Assembly: GCF_009914755.1 (NCBI RefSeq)
Contig: NC_060925.1
DNA from: the human T2T-CHM13v2.0 reference genome, Homo sapiens
Direction: 5' to 3' (one strand)
DNA length: 64,000 nt
This document shows positions 53,729 through 64,000 of the stretch, one piece after another. How positions within the stretch are numbered: position 1 is the first letter of the stretch; every line of letters begins with the position of its first letter. The translations under genes were made by a program, and so were the position numbers. The notes under the pieces are model-generated. The model was not told the origin of the DNA. It did not search any database and worked only from the letters and a program-made list of their open reading frames with translations.

Positions 53729-54001
53729 TTAGTGGATCAGTGGCTAATAATTCATGGACTACGAGGGATCTTGCCTGCTCTTTAGAAGTTGGGACACATT
53801 CTTCATGGTACCAGAAGGGTAGAACTATGTCTCTGTGGCCACTTATTGCAGAAAGGAACTGGAGTAAACTGAGGGCTCTTTCACACATGCTAGAGAAATG
53901 ACTTGGGCCCTGGGAGAATTGGGGGTTGCAGGGGATTGGTCGGAGGAACTTGCCTTTTTGCTGGATTGTGCTGTAGAGTTTTTCCTTGTAGATTTGTCAG
54001 A

Positions 54002-55260
54002 ATGAGCCTCCAGACCCCATCCAGACTCCTGGAGCTGGCAGGGCAGAGCCTGATGAGGAAGCAGTTCTTGACTATCTTCACCCTGGACTAGCTGCCCAGG
54101 GAGGTCTCCCCTCTGATGTTCATGGAGGCCTTCAGCATGAGATGTTGTGAGGCCCTGAAGCTGATGGTGCAGGCCTGGTCCTCCCTTCACCTCCCTCTGG
54201 GATCCCTGATGAAGACAACTCATCTGGAGACCTTGCAAGCTGTGCTGAAGGGACTTGATACACTAGTGTCCCAGAAGGTTTGCCCCAGTTGAGGTGACTC
54301 AGGTGGCCTGGTGGGAAGGGTCCAGGCATCCAGGGAAGGGACAGCTGGCTCAGGAGGAGTGGCAGTGTGTGGGAGCTAGGGTGGCTCAGAGGCTTCTGAT
54401 GGTACCCATGAGAGGCCTTGGCCATTGCCCAGATCCTCTGGAAAAGGACTGCTCACCATACAGAGTCCACTGAGGAAACAGGAACCTGCTTCCTCCCAGT
54501 GGAAGGTAAAGGTACTAGAAGTGGGTACCATGCAGAATCCAAGGGGGAACAGGATGGAGAAAAGACAGAAGGAGGAGCACTGGGACAGGAGCAGCTGACT
54601 CATGTCCTGGATGTGGAGTGAAAGTTCAGGTCAAGGGTCGGTCCTCGCCTACATTCTGAGCTTTTCCCTTATGTTACTCACAGGAGGTGGAAACTTCAAG
54701 TGCTGGATTTGAGGGATGTTGATGAGAATTTCTGGACCATATGGTCTGGAGTCAGGGTCCTCCCCTGCTCCCCAGAGGCCATGAGTAAGAGGCAGACAGT
54801 GGAGGACTGTCCAAGGATGGGAGAGTGCCAGCCCTTGAAGGTGTTCATAGACCTCTGCCTGAAGGAAAGTACACTGGATGAATGCCTGAGCTACCTCTGA
54901 AGGTGGATCCACTACAGAAGAGGCCTAGTGCACCTGTGTTGTAGTAAGGTGCAGAATTACTCAATGCCCACTTCAAGTTTCAGAAATCTATTGGAAAGGA
55001 TATACCCAGACAGTATCCAGGAGTTGGAAGTCTGGAAAAAGTGCTCTCTCAATAAAACGGGAAAGTTTGCCCCTTACCTGAGCCAGATGAGCAATCTTCG
55101 CAAACTTTTTAGCCTTCGGTTATGAGCCTGAATTATACGTGAGCGGCCAATGGCAGTTCATTCCTGACTTGGATTGGCCATTCCTGTGCCTGTACTACCC
55201 CCAGATGCATTATATAAGAAAGGTCAGTAATATCAAAGAGCACCTGGAGCACCTGCTCAG
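54002..55260 (+). pseudogene. Truncated PRAMEF10-type pseudogene (exons 53992-54288 and 54684-55260; last exon absent)
   Basis: [17 protein letters not shown]..; TAG at 54089-91, donor GT>TT at 54289, TGA at 54898-900, frameshift near 55105-12. The following intron is cut at 55412 by the inverted arm. Confidence 0.9.
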
Positions 55261-55750
55261 GTAGGAAACGATGGTGGGCTTTCTCTGCAGACCATAACAC
55301 ATAGTTTTGTTCTTTTTCACAGTAAACGTTAGTGGACATCTACTGTGTGCCATCCACTGGGGATGTCACAGGGAATGGGATGCTAGAATGTCAACTCATT
55401 AAGCTGTTCAGTTATGTTATGATAAATTTAATTTGATTTTTCTGCAATTCTTTTCTGCATTTTGTAGGAACCTTGCTTTTCCCCCTTTAGTTTGTCAGTA
55501 TGCTGAATTACACTTAGATTTTCCTGTGATTGGCTGGCATTCCTGGAATGGCCATTATATATCACTATATTGCTTTCTTTTTTTCTTTTTTTTTTCTTTT
55601 TAAGGTGGAGTTTCACTCTTTTTGCACAAGCTGAAGTGCAATGGCATGATCTCGACTCACTGCAACTTCCACCTTCTTGGTTCAAGCAAATCTCCAGCCT
55701 CAGCCTCCTGAGTTGCTGGGATTACAGGCATGCGCCACCACACCTGGCTA

Positions 55751-56008
<258 letters not shown>

Positions 56009-56030
56009 TCACCTGAGGTCAGGAGTTCTA

Positions 56031-56288
<258 letters not shown>

Positions 56289-58129
56289 CTAATATCCTTA
56301 GCCATTTTTAAAATATGGGTTACTGCTCTCTTATGAAATGAATTAGACAACTTTCCATATTTGCCTTTCTTTCTGGAACATCTTGTACAAAACAGAAAAT
56401 ACCGGCCAGGTGCAGTGGCTCATGCCTGCAATCCTAGCACTTTGGGAGACTAAGGCAGGCGGATCACTAGCTTCCAATCAAAAAGTGATATCTGATTGCA
56501 TTTCTGAAGCTCCACCCAGTTAATCCTGATTGGGTTTTTGGCTCTCCCCAGATTAATGGATTGAATCAGATATCCATTCATATCAGATATCCATATTAAT
56601 TGCATGAATCAGGAAATTGACAGTGTTAGGGATAGGGTAGAAGTCAAGAATTCACTCATTCAAGGCCGGGTGAGGCAGCTCACGCCTGTAATCCTTCCAG
56701 AAGGACTTCCCTGTACTGGTTTAGGCTTTGCATACCCTGTCTTTCATTTGGGTCCCACTGGGGGTCTGTTCCTGCTAGTTGGATCCTCACATACCCTCGG
56801 GGATTTTGTAATCAGCTGGAACATGTTCTTCCAGCCACTTAGTTGCCACTTGGAGCACTCTCCACCTTTCATCTGTGTTAAAGAGGTGCATGAGCACCTG
56901 GTGGCAATCAGCCCAGGTGGGGTTGTGGGTCTGGATAACAGTTTGGAGCAAATAAATTATAGCTTGAGGCTTTTCGGTATAGGATGGGGTATTGTTTTCC
57001 AATGGAGGAGATGGGCAGAGGTGAAGGGTTGGTACACAAAGGCACGTCTTTCCACCATAAGCCCATCCTCGTCTACTCCAGTATACTGTTGCTCTCTCAG
57101 GGACATTTGTATCCCAGTTCTAGGCCTCATACGGGCAGCCAAGGGAGGGTCTTGCATCCTGAGGTCTTGCACCCTTTCTTCTCTACTCTGGGCAGCCTAG
57201 GGGTATGTAGGCCTTGTGGAAGCTTGGGCGCAGTGGGCTCAGGAGTGGGAGGCCTTCCTTCTTGGTGAAAGGGGGGGGCACTGGCACAGTGTCTTGCCAG
57301 TGTTCCTTTGCTTAGTTTCTTTTTTTAACTGTTGTTTGTGATTTTCCATCTTCCTGAGACCAACCACTACTTGCTGGACCTTCTGAATTGGGAAAGAATG
57401 GAAAGTCTGTCAGCCAGTTTTTTCCAACATTTAGGTTGTTGAACTGCTTAGGGGATCCTCTGAGCCTCTCACCTGAGGGGTCTGCCAATCATTTGTTGTC
57501 TGAACATGGGCAGATTCCTCTTGCTAGCCAAATCTCAGGGTCACCAACATGCTTTAGATTATTTGTGAGGGAGAGCTGAGATCTTGGATGAATGATACCA
57601 GCCCCTGCTGTGCCTCGTGGATGCTCAGTCACCAGAGACACTCACGATCACCCTTGGTGCTGAGCTCAACCTCAGCCTCAGGCTCACAAAGTGAGGGCAG
57701 GCAAAGTAGAAGCCCCACTGAACACATTTCAGTTTAACTCAATTGCACACATAGCAGGGCATTGACAGTGAGGTCAGAAATGTGGAGAAAGAACATTTAC
57801 AGAAACATTTCAAGATAGAGAACACCCTTCAAAGTACTCCAGTTTTGGAGGCCAGTGGCATCTCAGAGCTGTTTGGTTTTCATATAGAATGGGAGAGAAA
57901 GGCCTGGAGGACTTTCTGGAGGCAGGGGAGGTTCTTGCTACTTTGTGCCCTAAAACATCGGAAGAATCACTGTGTGATCCCTCTTAGGATGGGAGCCATC
58001 CGTGAACTTAGCAGATATTTCAACATGAAATAGAGCTTCCAGGTTTTGTGGGGGAAATGTATTTTAGGTGTGCACCCAATATAACAGTATATATGCGCTG
58101 CTCTTAAAGACAAGAAGGCTCGCTCTTTT

Positions 58130-58194
<65 letters not shown>

Positions 58195-59240
58195 TTTCTT
58201 TCTTTTTCTTTCCTTCCTTCTTTCCTTCTTTTTCTTTCTTTCTTTCTTTTTCTTACTTTCTTTCTTCTTTCTTTTTCTTTCTTTCCACCTTTCTTTCTGT
58301 TTCCTTCTGTCTTTTTCTCTCCCCTCCCTCCCTCCCTCCCTCCCTTCCTTCCTTCTTTCCTTCCTTTTTTTTGAGGCAAGGTTTCATTCTGTTGAGCAGG
58401 CTGGAGTGCAGTGGCACAATGATGGCTCACTGCAGTCTCAACCTCCTGGGCTCAGGTGATCCTCGCATCTAAACTTCTTGGGCAGCTGGGACTACAGGTG
58501 CACACCACCATGCCTGGCTAATTTTTCGTATATAGTTTTTATAGACAGAATTTTCCATGTTGCCCAGGCAGGTCTCAAACTCCTGCGCTCAAGTAATCTA
58601 TCTGCCTTGGCCTCCCAAAGTGCTGAAATTAGAGATATGAGCCACCACACATGGCCTGAGTTTTCTTTGTATACCTAATGGTATCACTTTAATCAGAATC
58701 TCTCTGTTCAATATCAGGGACAAGGGAGGACTTTAAGGATGGCAGAACATTAATTATCAAAATATGCTGGGGAATGGCACGAGGGTATTGATGAGGATGA
58801 GGGGCCCTGGGAAACACCTGTGGGTGAGGGTTGCTGGGAAATGTCCCACTGTGGGAAGATCCCTGAGTCTAAAAGAAAGGTTTCCAGACCATAGCACCAT
58901 GACAGAGACTTGGACCCTTGTTCACTTTCTCCCACATCCTGCAAAACCCACAGCTCCCACCTTCGATGGCTTCCAGGTTGGGAAAGTCTCCCTTCCCAGG
59001 TCTGGCCACACTGCTTCTCTCTGGCATCTGCCCCAGCTCAGATTCTCAGATTCCATCTTCCCAGGCTGATTTTCTGAGGCGAGCCCATCATTTTTGGGAG
59101 TAAACACGCTTTCCCTTCTAGTAGGGGCCAAGACTGTTTCTGCCTTCTCTGCCCTCAAAGACAATGTTGTGTTTGAAGAGTCTGCACTGTCTCTTCTGTA
59201 ACTATTCCCTTTTTAATTTTTAAACTCAATCCAGACAGAG

Positions 59241-60035
59241 TCTTTCAATCCTTCTGTGGAGATGCCCACAAAATACCCACCATGTTTTATGCTGTCTTGG
59301 TTCCTTCCCAGGGTTCTACTAGAACACCCGGTCCCATCCTGCCCAGCCCCCACCTCACTTTGTCATTCTGTCCTGATTTCCTGCAGTGAAGCCTTGACCT
59401 TAGTCTTGTGATCAATAACACCCTCAGTGGTTCCCCTCTTCAACCTGAACCCACATATGACCTGCCCCGTTAGGAAGCATAAAACCCAGGTAACTGTTGG
59501 ATAACAGAGCTTTGTATTCTGTTTTCTTAGGGTTGACATCACCGTCTTTTTAAAGCTGTCTTAGCTCTGAAACGTTTGGATAATTTCAATGTGGCCAAAT
59601 ATTCTCCCATAAAGATATCATCAGGTTTTGTTTTTTCTTTCTAATGCCAGGAACAGATTAAACCTTCCATGTCACTATGAAGGTCACATGTTAGTCAAAC
59701 TTCATCAGTGTTTGGGGAATAAATGAATTAATGACTTTTGGACTTTCACCCTGTTATTTATTCTTTCACTTTCATAAATGCACATCTAATTTAATCAATG
59801 AATCAGAAGAAAGTGTGAAACTCAATCAGGATTAACTGGGTGGAACTTCAGGATCTAATCAGGTATCACTTTCTGATTGGAAGCTGGTGATTGAGAAGGG
59901 GAGGGTGTGGTTAGAAACATCAACAAAAGCTCCTGAGTTTGCACAGGACAGACCCAAAGCCCTGGTGCCTGGAGCTACTGCTTGGTTCTCTGAGAGGTCC
60001 CAGCACCCTGCAAACTGAGTCCAGATCTGGTAAGT
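59241..60035 (+). promoter_or_regulatory. Promoter/exon 1 of the mirror pseudogene; DUX4 site TAATTTAATCA at 59787-59797; GT at 60030
   Basis: Mirror of 32506-33300. Confidence 0.7.
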
Positions 60036-60929
60036 CACCACCTTCTTAGGAACATGCCCGTCTAATCTGCAGCCAGCCAGTCAGGGATGGTGACACACAG
60101 CCCAAAATGGCACAGAGAATTTCCTGTCTGTTTTTTCAGATTAAACAGATGTAGGTTTTGATTTTTCCTCCAAATATAGTTTTGACTTCATCCCTCAAAT
60201 TTTGATTTGTGCTTCATTTTCCTCATTTCAAAATTCTTATTGAAGCAGTTTTTAAAAAAAAAAATATTAAAAATTTACAGTTGGATGGATGTTTATGTCT
60301 TGACATGTGAAGTTGTTGGTTTCTGTGCCTGTCAGCTATAGTTCACACACTTAGCGGTATTGTGATTTTATTAGTCAGGCTTTCATTTTACAGAAATCTT
60401 AGATCTCCCGTACACCATTCTCAAGAGACTTGTTCCGAACCTGGGATTTATCTCTTCCCTTAGACTCTGTCCCTAAGTGTGTGATTGTGAGTATGTGGAA
60501 GGGATGTGTATTGGATCCTTCTCCTCAGACTTAGTGTTTCCATTTCTACCTTCCAAGTGCTCTAGACTACTGCAACACTGCTTTTATAATTTCTCTTACA
60601 GTTTTTCAAAATAAAAACACACACCTTGGACTCCCAAAGTGCTGGGATTACAGGAGTGAGCCACTGTGCCTCATCTAGAGTTAGTATTTCTATCCCTACC
60701 TTCCAAATGCTCTAGAATACCATCACGTCGCTTTTAGTTTCTGGTTAATTCTTTTCTCTTGTTCTGAGATGGAGTCTCACTCTGTCACCCAGGCTGAAGG
60801 GCAGGGTGTTGAGTTCAGCTCACTGAAAACACTGCCTCCGGGATTCAAGTGATTCTTCTTCCTCTGCCTCCAGAGTAGCTAGGATTATAGGACTGCACCA
60901 CCACACCTGGCTAACATTTTAATTAATTA

Positions 60930-60965
<36 letters not shown>

Positions 60966-61701
60966 TGAGACAGAGTCTAACTCTTTTGTCCAGACTGGAG
61001 TGCAGTGGTGGGATCTCGGCTCACTGCAACCTCTGCCTTTTGGAGTCAAATGATTTTTAATTTTTTTATATTTAGTAGAGACAGAGTTCATTACGTAAGC
61101 CAGGCTGTTCTCGAACTCCTAACCTCAAGTGATCTGCCTGTTTTGGCCTCCCACAGTGCTGGGATTACAGACATGAGCCACAGCACCCGGTCAGTTTCTG
61201 GTTGAAATTTTTCAAAATAAAAAATAATGGCATTGACTTTAGGGAGTCCCTTTAGTGTTCCCCCAGCATGTTCATGGTGAAAACTGAGAATGGAGGCTGT
61301 CTGGGGCCACAGGACACTCTCATTCTCATTGCTTTAGGGCGGTAAGTGACAAGAAAATTTTCCTCAAAGAGGTAGAGCTTGGCTTTCAGGATCCTCAGTG
61401 ACACTTTCCAGTGGTACTGGGATTCAGTGGAGCCATGGATGAAAATTAATGGGCCAGTGGTCTCTTTGACCCCTCCCTCCTTGGTGTTTGGAAGACATTC
61501 TTCCTGGTACCAGCAGAAGCAGAAATATAGATTTGTGGCCACCAAGTGCAGAGTGGAATTGGGGTAAAGTGGTAATTTTTCTACCTCTACCAGAGCAATG
61601 CTATTGGCCTTAGGAGAAGATGAGGTGATTGTGTTTGGCCTGAAAGTGATGCCTTTTCTCTGGATTTGTCTTCTAGAGTTTTTCCTTACAGATTCATCAG
61701 G

Positions 61702-64000
61702 ATGAGCATCCAGGCCCCACCCAGACTCCTGGAGCTGGCGGGGCAGAGTCTGCTGAGAGACAAGCCCTTGGCCATCTCTGCCCTGGAGGAGCTGCCCAGG
61801 GAGCTCTACCTCCCACTCTTCCTGGAGGCCTTCAGCAGGAGACACTTCCAGACTCTGACAGTGATGGTGCAGGCCTGGCCCTTCACCCGCCTCCCTCTGG
61901 GATCGCTGATGAAGACGCTTCATCTGGAGACCTTAAAAGCATTGCTGGAAGGGCTTCACATGCTGCTTACACAGAAGGATCGCCCCAGGTGAGGTGACCC
62001 AGGAAGGCTGGTAGATGGGGCTCAGGTGTCCAGGGAAAGAACAGCAGGGTCAGGCAAAGAAGTATCCCAAGGATGGCCCAGTGTCTTCTGGTGGTGCTGG
62101 TGACGAAGCTCAGGCATGCCTTGGCCATTGCCCAGATCCTCAGGGAAAGAACTGCCCACAATGTAGGGTCCACTGTGGGAACAGAAACTTGCCTATTCCC
62201 AGTGGAAGGTAAATGGAATAGAAGTGGGGACCAGTCAGAATTGAAAGAGAAAAGGGACCAAGAAAACTCAGAGAGAACAGGGAGCAGCGAGGACAGGAGC
62301 AGCTGATTTATTGGATGAGAATGAAAGCAAAGGTCAGGGATTTGTCCTTCAAAGTTCTGAGCCTCTGCCTTACTTTACCCACAGGAGGTGGAAACTTCAA
62401 GTGCTGGATTTGCGGGATGTTGATGAGAATTTCTGGGCCATATGGTCTGAATCCAGGGCCCTGTCCTCCTCCCCAGAGGCCATGAGTAAGAGGCAGACAG
62501 CAGAGGACTGTCCAAGGATGGGAGAGCACCAGCCCTTGAAGGTGTTCATAGACATCTGCCTCAAGGAAATACCCCAGGATGAATGCCTGAGATACCTCTT
62601 CCGGTGGGTTTACCAAAGGAGAGGTTTAGTACACCTGTGCTGTAGTAAGTTGGTGAATTATCTAACGTCGATTGAATATCTCAGAAGATCATTGAAAATA
62701 ATCCACCTGAATAGTATTCAGGAGCTGGAAATTTGCTATGTGTCCTGGCCACATCTGATAAGAAAGCTTCATTGTTACCTGAAGGAGATGAAGAATCTTC
62801 GCAAACTCATTTTTCTCCAGGTGCCATCCTTACACGTCAATTACCGCGAGGAATGCTCAGTCGCCAAAATCAGCTCTATGTTCCTCAGGCTGAAACACCT
62901 CCAGCTGCTTAAAATGAATATGGTCACCTTCCACAGAGGGCACCTGGGACAGCTGATCAGGTGAGAAAGGATCGTGCCCTTTCTCTGCAGACCACAGCGC
63001 AGCCTTTTTTTTTTGTTACAGTAAACACTAGAAGACGTGTACTGTGTGCCAGCCAGTGGCGACGGCACAGTGCAGGGAACACCAGAATGTCAACACATTG
63101 TCCCGTTCAGTGCTCCATGTCCTGGAGTGGCTATCACAGGATCACTTCAATAAAGGCAGAGGGGTCACCTAGGGTAGAGGCTAGAGAGGGACATCATGTA
63201 CAAGGTACTTAGTGGGCGTTTTGTCTCTACTGCATGTGCACGTGTGAATTTCTTGTTACAAAGTGTGTTTCAAGTTGATATGATGTAAAAGAGGTAACAA
63301 AGGAGGGTATGAAAGGAGGGACAGTGCATCAAACTTGTGCATTTCACAGTAGAAGCTCTGTCCTCACCAGCTTAGTGATCATGAATGATCCTGTCTCTGA
63401 TTCCCTGTCTGTAGAAGGTTGTTTTGAACTCCAGGAAAGTCAATTGACATGGGACATGCATGCTTCTGGGATGGAGGGTGAAGGAGTAGGAGTGAGAGTG
63501 GTAAAAAGTGACAGTTGGTTTGCAGATGCAGGCAGGCCAGGGAGCCCCTGCCGGCAGGTAGCCCCAGCTAATGTCCCTAGACCTTGCTGAGTTGAGTTCT
63601 TTGTGCACATCTCCCACCGGGTACCTGTGGCCCAGAGATGAGGTTTTCTGCTAAAAGATGAAGATAAAAGGCTTTAGAGATTTTGTGGCCTTGACCCAAT
63701 CACACAAGAAATGGTGAAAGGGCTGAGGCTAAAATGGGACAGCCCCTGAATGATCAGGGTCCTCAACATGCAGCAACTTGCATGAGGACCATCATCAGAT
63801 GGTGGGAACAAACTTGTGTTTGGTTGAAGCAGGTATTTTCCTTGAGTTCATTCCCCACTACCTTCATCTAACTGGTACCATTGCCCAGAACTAACTTCTT
63901 GATCTCCACAGGTGCCTCTAGAACCCCTTGGAGAACTTGGAATTAACTTGCGGCTACCTATTGGAAGAGGACTTGAAGTGTCTCTACCAGTACCCAAGCC
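61702..64000 (+). pseudogene. PRAMEF1/2-type pseudogene, mirror copy (exons 61692-61988, 62385-62960, 63912 to the window end)
   Basis: Translations match the 28041-30839 copy; premature TAG at 63919-21. Confidence 0.9.

Overview
Primate (most likely human 1p36.21) PRAMEF segmental-duplication cluster, very Alu/ERV-rich. Genes: (1) an intact 478-aa PRAMEF25/26-type gene (+; coding exons 6508-6800, 7477-8058, 9810-10371); (2) a PRAMEF1/2-type pseudogene (-, 28041-30839) and its mirror copy (+, 61702 to the window end); (3) an intact 293-aa HNRNPC retrogene (HNRNPCL family, +, 43259-44140); (4) a truncated PRAMEF10-type pseudogene (+, 54002-55260). A large, near-identical inverted duplication (28541-37136 vs 55413-64000) flanks an 18.3-kb spacer. 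A PRAMEF promoter/non-coding exon-1 module with DUX4-type, CCAAT, GC-box and TATA-like motifs occurs about 12 times, whole or in part. The main finding is that the HNRNPC retrocopy sits in intron 1 of one such module. An A>G change inside its 5' target-site duplication creates a splice acceptor that is absent from the empty-site paralogs in this window. Other contents: a deleted ERV1 provirus with an Arg PBS, an HML-2 LTR5 solo LTR, a HERV-E-like gag fragment, a ~210-bp gamma-satellite-like array and microsatellites. Paralog numbers and repeat family names come from recall and need database confirmation.
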